Shown in pieces: positions 1 through 10,362 of a DNA stretch of 64,000 nt. Origin of the DNA: an uncultured delta proteobacterium (GTDB lineage: Bacteria; Desulfobacterota; BSN033; UBA1163); the NCBI GenBank assembly GCA_963827685.1, contig CAWHBU010000003.1, positions 704,001 through 768,000 on the forward strand, given 5' to 3'. Below the pieces are notes generated by a model. The model was given only the letters and a program-made list of their open reading frames with translations, ran no database searches and was not told where the DNA came from. The translations under genes were made by a program, and so were the position numbers. Position 1 is the first letter of the stretch; every line of letters begins with the position of its first letter.

Positions 1-561
1 GGGGCCGGGGTAATTGACTGCAAGGCAGCCCTTCAAGAAGCCCAAGGAAATATAGAAGCAGCGATCGATTACCTCCGGCGGAAAGGATTGGCCACTGCTG
101 CGAAGAAGGCAGGCCGAATTGCGACCGACGGCCTGGTCTCCTCATACATCCATGCCGGAGGGAAGATGGGAGTGCTGGTCGAGATCAACTGCGAAACCGA
201 TTTTGTCGCAAAGACGGAAGATTTTCAAACCTTCGTTAAAAATATCGCCATGCATATCGCTGCTGCCAACCCTCAATATATCCGGAGGGAAGAAATCCCC
301 GCAGAGGTGTTGGAAAGAGAGCGGGCAATCTATCGAACGCAAGCCCTGGATTCAGGAAAACCTCAAAAAGTAATCGATAAAATTGTCGAAGGGAAAATGG
401 AGAGGTTCTATTCTGAGGTTTGCCTCTTGGAACAGACCTACGTCAGGGACTCCGATCTCACGATCAAGGAATTCCTGGACGCCATGATTGCCAGGGTCGG
501 GGAGAACATTACGATCCGTCGGTTTGCAAGATTTCAACTGGGTGAGGGATTATCCTCTTAA
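1..561 (+). CDS. tsf: Elongation factor Ts, short form, 5'-partial
   Basis: Frame 1 is open from base 1 (GAGVIDCKAALQEAQGNIEAAIDYLRRKG). Contains EINCETDFVAK and ends IRRFARFQLGE. Lies upstream of pyrH. Confidence 0.97.
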   Translation, partial: GAGVIDCKAALQEAQGNIEAAIDYLRRKGLATAAKKAGRIATDGLVSSYIHAGGKMGVLVEINCETDFVAKTEDFQTFVKNIAMHIAAANPQYIRREEIPAEVLERERAIYRTQALDSGKPQKVIDKIVEGKMERFYSEVCLLEQTYVRDSDLTIKEFLDAMIARVGENITIRRFARFQLGEGLSS

Positions 562-594
562 TCATTAACGACAGCCTCTTCTTCGGTGAAGTAG

Positions 595-689
595 ACCCCG
601 TTAGAAATTCCAGCTGGGTATTAGACCCTACCGGAATGATTTAAAAGTTAACCCCGCCGAAGTCAGTGGGGCATGATTTCTAACGGGGT
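595..689. repeat. MITE/REP-like element with 14-bp terminal inverted repeats
   Basis: ACCCCGTTAGAAAT (595-608) ... ATTTCTAACGGGGT (676-689); non-coding interior. Confidence 0.75.
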
Positions 690-890
690 AGAGGAAGTTG
701 TCTTCCCCGAAATATCCGGACTGGGCAGGGAAGAATCCATTGACTCATTCGGCGGCGCCAAGACTTCGGCGTGAGCTCAGTCGAACGCCCTGCTTTTGAA
801 GGGGGTTAAGAAACACTGCTCAGGGTCAACCTTGAGCCCTTGGCCTTTTGGCCGAGGAGCCGAAGGGTTAACCTAAACGCTTGTTCCTCC

Positions 891-1607
891 ATGAAAAGAC
901 CCCAATATAAAAGGATCCTCTTAAAACTGAGCGGTGAGGTGTTAACGGGTGAGAGAGGTTTTGGAATTGATCCTGTTGTGATCCAGAAGATTGCTCAAGA
1001 GATCAAAGAAGTAAAAAATCTGAGGGTGGAGGTAGCCATTGTCATTGGCGGAGGCAATATCTTTCGGGGAATGGCAGCCAGTGCAAAAGGAATGGACAGA
1101 GCCTCCGCAGATTATATGGGGATGCTGGCCACCGTGATGAACGGCATTGCTCTTCAGGATGCTCTCGAAAAGATCGATGTTCAGACCCGAGTCCAAACAG
1201 CCATTGAAATGCGGGAGGTCGCTGAACCCTACATTCGAAGAAGAGCCATTCGCCATCTGGAAAAAGGCCGGGTGGTCATCTTCGCCGGAGGGACGGGAAA
1301 CCCTTATTTCACCACCGATACCACCGCTTCCCTCCGAGCCATGGAAATTGAAGCAGACGTTATTCTCAAGGCCACCAAGGTCGATGGCGTCTATGATGCA
1401 GATCCACTGCTCCACAAGCATGCCCATAAATATCGTGAACTCACCTATCTCGACGTCCTCAAGAAACAATTAAAGGTCATGGATGCAACGGCGATTTCTC
1501 TCTGCATGGACCATCAGATTCCTATCATCGTCTTCAATTTAAAGCGAAAGGGAAATGTCAAACGGGTTGTTTTGGGAGAAAGAATAGGAACGAAAGTGAG
1601 GGGATGA
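891..1607 (+). CDS. pyrH: Uridylate kinase
   Basis: [35 protein letters not shown] motifs. ATG at 891 is preferred over the TTG at 840. Confidence 0.98.
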   Translation: MKRPQYKRILLKLSGEVLTGERGFGIDPVVIQKIAQEIKEVKNLRVEVAIVIGGGNIFRGMAASAKGMDRASADYMGMLATVMNGIALQDALEKIDVQTRVQTAIEMREVAEPYIRRRAIRHLEKGRVVIFAGGTGNPYFTTDTTASLRAMEIEADVILKATKVDGVYDADPLLHKHAHKYRELTYLDVLKKQLKVMDATAISLCMDHQIPIIVFNLKRKGNVKRVVLGERIGTKVRG

Positions 1608-1610
1608 ATC

Positions 1611-2170
1611 ATGGATGAGAAGACTTATACAGAAACTGTCGCCAAGATGGAAAAGACCCTCTCCTCCCTCAAGACAGATTTGAATAAGATCAGGACGGGC
1701 AGAGCTTCCCTCGCCCTCTTCGATGATATCCGAGTGGACTACTACGGGACGCCGACCCCTCTCAACCAGATGGCCACCTTGTCCGTCCCCGAGCCAGACT
1801 GATCACCATTCAACCCTGGGATACCTCCGCCATTGGCGAAATTGAAAAGGCCATCCTCAAATCAGAACTCGGGGTAACCCCTGCGAGTGACGGGAAGATC
1901 ATCCGCATCAATATCCCACGATTGACAGAGGAACGTCGTAAGGAACTGGTTAAGGTGGTAAAAAAGATGGCCGAAGGGGCAAAAGTGGCGATTCGAAATA
2001 TCCGAAGAGAGGCAAATGACCAGTTGAAAGGATTGGAGAAAAATAAAAAGATTTCTCAGGACCAACTTCACCAGTGGATGGATAAGGTACAAAAATCCAC
2101 GGATCAATTTATTGAGAAAGTGGATGGTGTTCTTGCCGCCAAGGAGAAAGAAATTTTAGAAATCTCTTAA
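1611..2170 (+). CDS. frr: Ribosome recycling factor, split by an apparent 1-nt deletion near 1794
   Basis: [21 protein letters not shown] in the first frame; LITIQPWD...[11 protein letters not shown]...IRNIRR in the next frame. One added C (GAG CCC AGA CTG) restores a 186-aa protein. Confidence 0.95.
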
Positions 2171-2190
2171 CCTCAAAGGGGGTGATGCCA

Positions 2191-2358
2191 GTGGCTTATG
2201 TCATTACGGAAGAATGTGTGGCCTGCGGGACCTGTGCAGAAGAATGTCCTGCTGAAGCCATTGATGAAGGGGAACCCTATGCCATCAACGAAGAGAAATG
2301 TACCGAATGTGGAAGCTGTTTTGAGGTATGCCCCGTTGAAGCGATTGTCGAAAAATGA
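2191..2358 (+). CDS. 2x[4Fe-4S] ferredoxin, 55 aa, not in the ORF track
   Basis: GTG start after AGGGGGTG. MAYVITEECVACGTCAEECPAEAI...KCTECGSCFEVCPVEAIVEK has two CxxCxxCxxxCP motifs. Confidence 0.93.
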   Translation: MAYVITEECVACGTCAEECPAEAIDEGEPYAINEEKCTECGSCFEVCPVEAIVEK

Positions 2359-2455
2359 GACTGAAGGGGGAAGAGGAATCCTTCTGAACATCTTCCCCTT
2401 TTTCCCCTCCTAAGATCTTCCCTTTCTGCTGACCCTTTTCTTCATGAATCATGGA

Positions 2456-2484
2456 TTGAAAAACAGTATCTGATATGCTAATTT
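2456..2484 (+). promoter_or_regulatory. Putative sigma70 promoter of uppS
   Basis: TTGAAA-17 bp-TAATTT with an extended TG. Confidence 0.45.
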
Positions 2485-2555
2485 AAAAAATAATTGACCT
2501 GAGAACTCGTTTACTAAGAACCTCACGTCTCGGTCTCCAAAAGGGCCTGTCAATC

Positions 2556-3299
2556 GTGACAGAAATCGATAAAGAAAAACTTCCCCATCATATCGCCATC
2601 ATTATGGATGGAAATGGTCGCTGGGCCAAAAAGAAGCTCCTGAACCGGATCAGCGGCCACATCAAAGGAGTCAATGCCGTCAGGGAGGTTGTCACGGCTT
2701 GCCGGGAATTGGGGATCAAGGTATTAACCCTCTACGCCTTCTCGATGGAGAATTGGAGGAGGCCTGCGGAGGAGGTCAATGCCTTGATGGGATTGCTAAA
2801 GGAATATCTTCAGAAAGAATGTGCGGAGATGGTTCAGAATAATATCCGACTCAATGTCATCGGTCGCGTTGAAGATCTTCCTCTTGACGTCCAAACGACC
2901 TTGCAAGAGACGAAGAAAAAGACCGAACACTGCGACGGGATGATTCTCAATTTAGCATTGAGTTATGGCGGTCGTTCCGAAATCCTTCACGCTGTTCAAG
3001 GAATCATCTCCGATCTCCCAAAGGGCAAGATCAAACCGGAGGACATTACGATTCAACGGTTTTCTCAATACCTCTGGACTCATGGGATACCTGATCCGGA
3101 CCTTCTCATCCGGACCAGTGGTGAATTCCGCATTTCCAACTTCCTTCTTTGGCAGATCGCCTACACAGAGTTATATGTCACCGACACCCTGTGGCCGGAT
3201 TTCGATCGAAAAGAACTCCTGAAGGCCATCTCCGATTATCAGTCCAGAGAGAGAAGGTTCGGTCTGACCAGTGAACAACTGAATGGAAGAGAAGAATAA
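2556..3299 (+). CDS. uppS: Undecaprenyl diphosphate synthase
   Basis: HIAIIMDGNGRWA, YAFSMENWRRP, LIRTSGEFRISNFLLWQ. Confidence 0.98.
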   Translation: MTEIDKEKLPHHIAIIMDGNGRWAKKKLLNRISGHIKGVNAVREVVTACRELGIKVLTLYAFSMENWRRPAEEVNALMGLLKEYLQKECAEMVQNNIRLNVIGRVEDLPLDVQTTLQETKKKTEHCDGMILNLALSYGGRSEILHAVQGIISDLPKGKIKPEDITIQRFSQYLWTHGIPDPDLLIRTSGEFRISNFLLWQIAYTELYVTDTLWPDFDRKELLKAISDYQSRERRFGLTSEQLNGREE

Positions 3300-3425
3300 T
3301 TGAATAATAAGTTATGAATTATAAGTTAAGAGTTTAGAGTTCGAAGATCTAAAAAGATAAACTCTGAACTCCTGCCTGCGCGTAGCCGCTTCGGCGAAGG
3401 CAGGCCGAACTAATTACTCCGAACT
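3300..3425. repeat. Intergenic inverted short-unit repeat (GAGTT.../AACTC...) with a nested REP hairpin
   Basis: Shares CCGAACTAATTACTCCGAACT with the element at 62495-62570. Nested CCTGCCTGCGCGTAGCCGCTTCGGCGAAGGCAGG at 3371-3404. Confidence 0.7.
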
Positions 3426-3440
3426 ATTCAAAGGGGTGGT

Positions 3441-4259
3441 ATGGGAAAAATAGAAAAGAGGAAGGTATGGATGGCGTTGATCATGATTCCTCCCATCATC
3501 CTTTTAATCGTCCTGGGACATCCTGCTTTTCTCCACCTCATGGTGTTTCTGGCCACTTTTTTCGGACTCCGTGAGTATTACAACCTTGTCCTTCCTGACT
3601 CCAAATGGATCGAACGTGCAGTAGGCATCGGGTTAGGATTGGTCCTTTCGATCATCGTTTCATTCGGGGAGATGAAAGAAATTTCTCCGTTCTTCGTCAT
3701 CGTACTTCTGATTCTTTCTCTCCTCTTCATGGTCACCTCAAAGGATCTTTCTTCGACGATCTCGAATATGGGGATGGCCCTCTTTGGAATCCTCTTTATC
3801 GGATTTCTTCTCGCTTATGTCTCGCTCGTTCGAAACATGACGAATGGAAGGCTATGGGTTCTTTTTCTCATCATAACGGTCTGGGCCGGGGACATCTCTG
3901 CCCTGCTGAGCGGCTCCTTCTTCGGAAGGCACAAACTCTATCCCAAGATTAGTCCGAAAAAAACTGTTGAAGGATTGGTCGGAGCGATCGTCGGCTCGAT
4001 CATTGTGGCACTCGCCTTTGCCCTGTTGTTCATCCCAAATTTGCAAAAGAGATCCTGTATCCTTCTGGCCATCGGCTTAGGGATTTTCGGGCAATTGGGA
4101 GATTTTACGGAGTCGATGTTGAAGCGAAGTGCTCAGGTAAAGGATTCCGGTGCTCTTATTCCAGGCCATGGAGGCATGTTGGATCGGTTAGATAGTTTTC
4201 TCTTCTCCGCCCCTTTTCTTCACTACGCCCTCCTCTATTTCTTGAAGGAGATCCCATGA
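3441..4259 (+). CDS. cdsA: Phosphatidate cytidylyltransferase
   Basis: Multi-TM; SPKKTVEG, GDFTESMLKR..VKDSG.LIPGHGGMLDRLDS. Confidence 0.97.
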   Translation: MGKIEKRKVWMALIMIPPIILLIVLGHPAFLHLMVFLATFFGLREYYNLVLPDSKWIERAVGIGLGLVLSIIVSFGEMKEISPFFVIVLLILSLLFMVTSKDLSSTISNMGMALFGILFIGFLLAYVSLVRNMTNGRLWVLFLIITVWAGDISALLSGSFFGRHKLYPKISPKKTVEGLVGAIVGSIIVALAFALLFIPNLQKRSCILLAIGLGIFGQLGDFTESMLKRSAQVKDSGALIPGHGGMLDRLDSFLFSAPFLHYALLYFLKEIP

Positions 4260-5419
4260 GGCGTCTGTCCGTCCTCGGCTCAACAGGTTCGATTGGGGTC
4301 AATACCCTCCGCATCGTCAGTCAATTTCCGGAACGATTTGAGGTGGTCAGCCTTTCTGCCGGTCTCAATACGCAGCTTCTCAAACAGCAAATTCTCCAGT
4401 TTCGACCGAAGATCGTCTCCGTTCTCAATAAAGAATTGTCAGAGGCCCTCCGGAGGGAACTTCCTAACGTATCCGTTGAAATCGTCCATGGGGTAGAGGG
4501 GCTCATTCAAGTAGCCACTCATCCAGAAGTCGATCAGGTCGTTTCGGCGATCGTGGGGGCGGTCGGTCTCATCCCTACCCTTTCCGCCATCAAGACCGGA
4601 AAAAGCATTGCCCTGGCCAACAAAGAATCGTTGGTCATGGCAGGAAAGATTCTGATGGAAGAGGCAAAGCGGAATCAGGTTCAGATTCTACCGGTGGACA
4701 GTGAACACAGCGCCATCTTCCAGGCATTGCTCGGCCACCAAAGGGGAGATGTCCATCGCCTTATCCTCACTGCATCGGGAGGACCTTTCCGGAACCTCCC
4801 CCTTTCCAGACTTCACGATGTCACCGTAAGAGAAGCCCTCAACCACCCTCACTGGGAGATGGGAAAGAAGATCACCATCGACTCTGCGTCACTGATGAAC
4901 AAAGGATTGGAGGTCATCGAGGCTCACTGGCTTTTCGATATCCCGATTGAAAAGATCGTTGTCCTCATCCATCCGCAGAGCGTCGTTCATTCGATGGTTG
5001 AATATGTCGATGGCTCGATTGTCGCCCAGATGGGGATTGCAGATATGAAGATCCCGATCTCCTATGCCCTTTCCTTCCCTGAGCGGCTCAATCTGAACTT
5101 ACCTCCTCTGGACCTTTCAAAAAGTGAAGCCCTTACTTTTTCCCCTCCTGATTCAGAAAGGTTTCCTTGTCTCAAATTGGCCTACCAATCGATCGAGATC
5201 GGAGAGACCATGCCCGCCGTCCTCAATGCGGTCAATGAAGTGGCAGTCAATGCCTTCATGGATGGGGCGATTCGATTTACGCAGATGCCTCTTCTTATCC
5301 AGCAGGTGATGGAAAGCCATGAAGTAAAACCTGTCCATACGGTCGAAGACATCCTGAGAGCCGATCAATGGGCCAGGGAAAAAACAAAAGCTCTCTTAGG
5401 AGGAAGAAAAACGTGTTAA
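4256..5419 (+). CDS. dxr: 1-deoxy-D-xylulose 5-phosphate reductoisomerase
   Basis: LGSTGSIG, LANKESLV, LPVDSEHSAIFQ, MGKKITIDSA, NKGLEVIEAH. Confidence 0.98.
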   Translation: MRRLSVLGSTGSIGVNTLRIVSQFPERFEVVSLSAGLNTQLLKQQILQFRPKIVSVLNKELSEALRRELPNVSVEIVHGVEGLIQVATHPEVDQVVSAIVGAVGLIPTLSAIKTGKSIALANKESLVMAGKILMEEAKRNQVQILPVDSEHSAIFQALLGHQRGDVHRLILTASGGPFRNLPLSRLHDVTVREALNHPHWEMGKKITIDSASLMNKGLEVIEAHWLFDIPIEKIVVLIHPQSVVHSMVEYVDGSIVAQMGIADMKIPISYALSFPERLNLNLPPLDLSKSEALTFSPPDSERFPCLKLAYQSIEIGETMPAVLNAVNEVAVNAFMDGAIRFTQMPLLIQQVMESHEVKPVHTVEDILRADQWAREKTKALLGGRKTC

Positions 5420-6507
5420 TCACCATTGTTGCAACAGTGATCGTTTTGGGAATTCTCGTCTTTGTCCATGAGCTGGGCCATTTTTTGCTGGCAAAGAAGT
5501 TAGGAGTGAAAGTTCTAAAATTCTCCCTGGGTTTTGGACCTAAGCTCATTGGAAAGAAAATCGGAGAAACAGAATACCAAGTTGCCGTCTTTCCCTTAGG
5601 AGGATTTGTAAAACTTCTTGGGGAAGACCCACATGAAGAACTCAAAGAAGAGGACCGTGGCCGTTCCCTCTGGGTACAGCCGATTTGGAGACGACTATTC
5701 ATCTTCTGCGCAGGATCTTTTTTCAATCTCTTTCTCGCGATCGTCCTCTTTTCAAGTGTTAACCTATTTAAAGGTGTTGCCCCTGTCCCAACAATCCCCC
5801 CAAAAGTAGGGGAAATCAGTGCTGGTTTACCTGCAGAAAAGGCAGGGCTCAGAAAGGGAGATCTCATCCTTTCAATCAATGGTAAAAATATTTCAAAATG
5901 GGAAGAATTGCATGAAATCATAAGCTTTAGCAAAGGAAAAGAGCTCTCACTTAAAATAGACCGTGATGGTGAAATTCACGAATTGCGAGTGACTCCAATC
6001 ACTGTCTCGGAAGAAACAATTTTCGGTGAAAAAATCCAATCCTTTAGAATCGGGATAGTACCTCCCCGTGTAAATGTCGAGATCAAGAGGGTTGGCCCGT
6101 TAACAGCCATAGGCTATGGATTTTCTCAAACCTGGCAGACCATCGAGTTTTTTATGATTGGGATTGTAAAAATTATCCAAAGAGTGATCCCGGCAAACCA
6201 GATAGGCAGTGTTATCATGATCGCTAAGCTAACGGGTGAACAAGCCAAAAAAGGAATTGTAGACCTGGCCCTGTTGACCGCTCTTATCAGTATTAATCTT
6301 GGCATTATCAACTTGTTTCCCATACCCGTTCTTGATGGTGGACACCTTCTCTTTTTAGGATTAGAGGCGATTTTGCGAAGACCTATTAGCCTTCGGAAGA
6401 TGGAAATCGCCCAACAAATCGGATTAATTTTTCTCATACTCCTGATGCTCTTTGCCTTCCGCAATGACATGATCCGTTATTTTTTCCCGGGTGGGTTTAA
6501 ATTCTGA
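5413..6507 (+). CDS. rseP: RIP metalloprotease RseP
   Basis: HELGH, PLGGFV, PDZ domain, NLFPIPVLDGG. GTG start at 5413 overlaps the end of dxr. Confidence 0.96.
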   Translation: MLITIVATVIVLGILVFVHELGHFLLAKKLGVKVLKFSLGFGPKLIGKKIGETEYQVAVFPLGGFVKLLGEDPHEELKEEDRGRSLWVQPIWRRLFIFCAGSFFNLFLAIVLFSSVNLFKGVAPVPTIPPKVGEISAGLPAEKAGLRKGDLILSINGKNISKWEELHEIISFSKGKELSLKIDRDGEIHELRVTPITVSEETIFGEKIQSFRIGIVPPRVNVEIKRVGPLTAIGYGFSQTWQTIEFFMIGIVKIIQRVIPANQIGSVIMIAKLTGEQAKKGIVDLALLTALISINLGIINLFPIPVLDGGHLLFLGLEAILRRPISLRKMEIAQQIGLIFLILLMLFAFRNDMIRYFFPGGFKF

Positions 6508-6512
6508 GATAT

Positions 6513-6609
6513 GAATCCAGGATTCAGGAATTGGGGAATTGGGGATTTGGGAATTTGGGAATTTGGGAATTTTGGGATTACCAATTCCTCAATCCCTAAA
6601 TTCTAAATT
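6513..6609. repeat. Intergenic inverted 8-mer repeat (GGAATTTG/CAATTCCT)
   Basis: Tandem GG(G/A)ATT(T/G)G units followed by CAATTCCTCAATCCCTAAATT; same family as 45479-45540. Confidence 0.75.
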
Positions 6610-6620
6610 TGGTGAAAAGT

Positions 6621-7319
6621 ATGAAAGTCCTGGGCATTGATACCTGCACATCCTGTGAAAGCGTGGGATTGATTGATGACGGAGAAGTCATCTCCGATTA
6701 CCTCCTCAATATCCCGGTGACCCATTCTGAAAGACTCCTCGGTGCAGTCGAATTTGTTCTCAGAGAAGCTTGTTGTCCTATTGGAAACATAGACGGATGG
6801 GCAATTGCCCTCGGCCCGGGCTCCTTTACAGGTTTGAGAATCGGAGTGGGCACTGTGAAAGGCCTGGCCTTTGCCACCGGAAAACCTGTGGCAGGTGTCT
6901 CCATCCTTGACGTCTTAGCTTCTCAGATCGCTCCCACCCCGCACCTCATCTGTCCGATCCTCGATGCCAGGAAAAGCGAAGTCTATACCGCTTTTTATCG
7001 TTATGAGAAAGGGACTTTCCTCAGGCGACAATCGGATTATCAGGCTATTCGGCCTGAAGATCTTGTCAAAAAGATTACGGAACCAACAATCTTCCTCGGT
7101 GACGGAGTAAAAACCTATGGGGACTTTCTCCTAAATTCCCTCCCCTCTTCGGCCATCTTCCCACCTGCTCCCCTCCATGTTTCCCATGGCTCAATGGTGG
7201 CAAAATTGGGGTTTGAGCTTCTTAGCAAAGGGGAGCACTTGAACCTTTCAACTTTTTCCCCTATCTATATCCGGCCTTCAGAAGCTGAGATGAAATGGCG
7301 GCAAACACATTCTGATTGA
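6621..7319 (+). CDS. tsaB: tRNA t6A biosynthesis protein TsaB
   Basis: VLGIDT, HSERL, GPGSFTGLRIG, DARKSEVY, PIYIRPSEAE. Confidence 0.96.
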   Translation: MKVLGIDTCTSCESVGLIDDGEVISDYLLNIPVTHSERLLGAVEFVLREACCPIGNIDGWAIALGPGSFTGLRIGVGTVKGLAFATGKPVAGVSILDVLASQIAPTPHLICPILDARKSEVYTAFYRYEKGTFLRRQSDYQAIRPEDLVKKITEPTIFLGDGVKTYGDFLLNSLPSSAIFPPAPLHVSHGSMVAKLGFELLSKGEHLNLSTFSPIYIRPSEAEMKWRQTHSD

Positions 7320-7573
7320 CCATAATCCGTAATCAAAATTAAAAACCTTAGGGATATCCCTGTCATACTGAAATTTTTCAGCATCTCTCATTTTCGATAA
7401 CCCATAGATCCTGGCACGAAGTGATGAACGAATGTGAATCAACGAGCCTGATCTTCATCAGGCCAAGGTTCAGGATGACGATTACGGATTATAGATTGAC
7501 AAACAGCCTGGATTATATTAGTCTTTTTTGTTAAGCGGTCTGTTATTACAACGTTTTTCTATCGGGGGCTGAG

Positions 7574-7792
7574 ATGATGACCAAAGAGGAGGTATTGATC
7601 GAAAGACTGATGAGAGAAAATGAGGAATTTTCGAAGGTCAAGCAAGCACATAGCCAGCTTGCGAAACAATTGGAGGAATTGGAAAAGAAGCCCTTTCTCA
7701 CCCCTCAGGATGAGACGGAGATAAAAATCATCAAGAAGAGAAAATTGGCACTTAAGGACCAGATGGAAAAAATTCTGGTGCAATACCGATGA
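7574..7792 (+). CDS. Small coiled-coil protein, YdcH/DUF465-like
   Basis: H..L..QLEELEKKPFLTP..E.E...IKKRKL.LKDQM pattern. Confidence 0.75.
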   Translation: MMTKEEVLIERLMRENEEFSKVKQAHSQLAKQLEELEKKPFLTPQDETEIKIIKKRKLALKDQMEKILVQYR

Positions 7793-7794
7793 GT

Positions 7795-7970
7795 AAAAAT
7801 CAATGTCAAAGTTCAAAATCCCTGCCTTCGCCGAAGCGGCTTCGCGCAGGCAGGCAATTGCCAAATGAATGCCAAAATCCAGGCTAATGTTAAGGCTTAG
7901 AATCTAGTCTTTTTAGCTTTAACCTTAACTTCAGTCTTAACCTTTATTTTAAGATTTGGAATTTGGCATC
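7795..7970. repeat. Compound inverted short-unit repeat with a nested REP
   Basis: CAAA-rich left arm and TTTGG right arm, inner TAAGG/CCTTA arms. REP at 7821-7854 is the reverse complement of 3371-3404 with 1 mismatch. Confidence 0.65.
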
Positions 7971-8006
7971 CATTTTGCTTCTCAACACTAAAAATCTACG
8001 GTTTTT

Positions 8007-9695
8007 ATGAAAAAGACGGGCTCTCAAATCATTGTTGAATCTTTGAAGAAGGAAGGGGTGGATATCATTTTCAATTACCCAGGCGGGGCCGTTATTCCGC
8101 TTTTTGATGAACTTCAAAATGCTCCATTCCGACAGATCTTAGTCCGACATGAGCAGGCTGCGGTCCATGCGGCGGACGGGTATGCGCGGGCGACAGGAAA
8201 GGTGGGAGTGGTCATCGTCACCTCTGGGCCGGGGGCAACCAATACCGTCACTGGCATTGCCACCGCCTTTATGGACTCTGCCCCAATCGTTGTCTTGACC
8301 GGTCAGGTCCCTACCCTTCTCATTGGAAACGATGCCTTTCAGGAAGCCGATATTGTCGGCATCACCAGACCGTGTACCAAGCACAACTACCTTGTGAAGG
8401 ATATTAAAGATTTAGCTCGAACCTTAAAGGAAGCCTTTTATGTGGCACGAAGCGGAAGACCTGGACCAGTTCTTATTGATCTTCCCAAAGACGTCTTGGT
8501 CAACTCCACTGAATTCAAATATCCTGAAAAAGTCTTTATTCGTGGTTACCAGCCCACTTATGAAGGACATCTTGGCCAGATTCAGAGGGCTGTAAAACTT
8601 ATGTTGAAGTCTAAGAAGCCCGTTCTCTATGTCGGAGGCGGAATCATTTCTTCAAATGCCTCAAAGGAGCTTACCCTTTTCGCTGAAAAATTGGGTATCC
8701 CTGTCACGATGACCTTGATGGGATTGGGCGGCATCCCAGGCAATCATCCTCTCTCTTTGGGCATGTTGGGAATGCATGGAACCTATTGGGCCAATATGTC
8801 GATCATGGAGTCTGACCTCCTCATCGCCATCGGATCTCGTTTCGATGATCGGGTAACCGGAAAGATCGAGGCCTTTGCTCCCCAGGCCAAAATCATCCAT
8901 ATCGATATCGATCCTACCTCCATCAGCAAAAATGTGAGAGTGGATCTTCCCATTGTCGGGGACTGTAAACACATCCTCTCCAAGATTCTCTCCCTCCTCG
9001 GAGAGGAAGATATTGCTGCCTTCAAGGCGGGGATGGAGAAATGGCATCATCAAATCGACAAATTCAAGGCCATCCATAATATGAGTTATGAGCAGAAAGA
9101 AATCATCAAACCCCAATACGTCATCGAAAAGATTTTTGAACTGACCAAGGGCGATGCGATCATCTCCACCGAGGTGGGACAAAACCAGATGTGGACGGCT
9201 CAGTACTTCTCATTCCTCAAACCAAGGACATTGCTCACTTCGGGGGGGTTGGGAACAATGGGTTATGGATTGCCTGCAGCCATGGGTGCCCAGGCTGCTT
9301 TTCCAAATAAGCTGGTCATCGATATTTCAGGCGACGGGAGTTTCCAGATGAACTCTCAGGAACTGGCCACGGTCGTCCAATATCATCTACCGGTGAAAGT
9401 GGTGATCCTGAACAACGGTTACCTTGGAATGGTGAGACAGTGGCAGGAATTCTTCTATGGAAAACGATACGCCTCCGTTTCCCTGGAAGGTGTCTCTCCG
9501 GACTTTGTCAAATTGGCCGAAGCTTACGGAGCAGTGGGTTTGAGGGCGACCAAGCCGGAGGAGGTACTCCCCATATTGAAGAAGGCGTTCTCGATTCCCG
9601 GGCCCGTCATCATTGATTTTGAGATTGATCCAGAAGAAAATGTCTATCCCATGGTCCCGGCAGGAGAACCGCTCAACCAGATGAGGCTGGTGTAA
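8007..9695 (+). CDS. ilvB: Acetolactate synthase large subunit
   Basis: [45 protein letters not shown]. Confidence 0.98.
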   Translation: MKKTGSQIIVESLKKEGVDIIFNYPGGAVIPLFDELQNAPFRQILVRHEQAAVHAADGYARATGKVGVVIVTSGPGATNTVTGIATAFMDSAPIVVLTGQVPTLLIGNDAFQEADIVGITRPCTKHNYLVKDIKDLARTLKEAFYVARSGRPGPVLIDLPKDVLVNSTEFKYPEKVFIRGYQPTYEGHLGQIQRAVKLMLKSKKPVLYVGGGIISSNASKELTLFAEKLGIPVTMTLMGLGGIPGNHPLSLGMLGMHGTYWANMSIMESDLLIAIGSRFDDRVTGKIEAFAPQAKIIHIDIDPTSISKNVRVDLPIVGDCKHILSKILSLLGEEDIAAFKAGMEKWHHQIDKFKAIHNMSYEQKEIIKPQYVIEKIFELTKGDAIISTEVGQNQMWTAQYFSFLKPRTLLTSGGLGTMGYGLPAAMGAQAAFPNKLVIDISGDGSFQMNSQELATVVQYHLPVKVVILNNGYLGMVRQWQEFFYGKRYASVSLEGVSPDFVKLAEAYGAVGLRATKPEEVLPILKKAFSIPGPVIIDFEIDPEENVYPMVPAGEPLNQMRLV

Positions 9696-9704
9696 GAGGA
9701 GGAT

Positions 9705-9822
9705 ATCAAATTCCAAAATCCAAGCACCAATCTCCAAATAAATTCCAATCATCAATATCCGAAACTTTTGGTGATTGGGATTTGGATATTGTTTGGGTTT
9801 TGGAATTTTGGATTTGGAGCTT
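9705..9822. repeat. Intergenic inverted 7-mer repeat (CCAAAT/ATTTGG family)
   Basis: CCAA-rich left arm and TTGG-rich right arm; same family at 13020-13114 and 41169-41288. Confidence 0.75.
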
Positions 9823-9831
9823 TAGAAGCCT

Positions 9832-10332
9832 ATGCGTCACGTCATCACTCTTTTAGTCGAAAATGAATTTGGCGTCCTGACCCGAATTGCAGGACTCTTC
9901 AGCGGCAGGGGTTTCAACATCGAAAGCTTGTGCGTGGCTGAAACCCTCGATCCCACTGTGTCGACCATGACCATCGTTACCCGCGGGGATGACCAGATCC
10001 TTGAACAGGTGCTCAAACAACTGAATAAATTGATCTCAGTGATCAAGGTTGTCGATCTCATTGAAAAGGACTTTGTCGAACGGGAGATGGTATTGGTGAA
10101 GGTCTCAGCCACTCCTGAGACGCGAGAGGAAATCCTGAGAGTGGTCGATATCTTCAGAGGCAAGGTGATCGATGTGGGAGCCAAAACCTACACGATCGAG
10201 GTGACCGGGGATGAAAAAAAGATTAATGCCATCCTCGCCCTCTTCAAGCCTCTCGGCATTAAAGAACTGGTCAGGACAGGCCGTGTGGCCATGATCAGAG
10301 GGAGTAAAATCACAACGGAACCTGGTGGCTAG
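9832..10332 (+). CDS. ilvN: Acetolactate synthase small subunit
   Basis: [38 protein letters not shown]. Confidence 0.97.
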   Translation: MRHVITLLVENEFGVLTRIAGLFSGRGFNIESLCVAETLDPTVSTMTIVTRGDDQILEQVLKQLNKLISVIKVVDLIEKDFVEREMVLVKVSATPETREEILRVVDIFRGKVIDVGAKTYTIEVTGDEKKINAILALFKPLGIKELVRTGRVAMIRGSKITTEPGG

Positions 10333-10362
10333 ATCCCAGAAGATGAAGATTACCAAGAACTG

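Noticed and set aside
2198-2413. 71-aa ORF from the track
   Set aside because: Off-frame shadow of the ferredoxin at 2191-2358.
5700-6480. Lower-GC interior of rseP as a xenologous replacement
   Set aside because: The shift is modest by eye and cannot be quantified here; gene position and motifs are normal.
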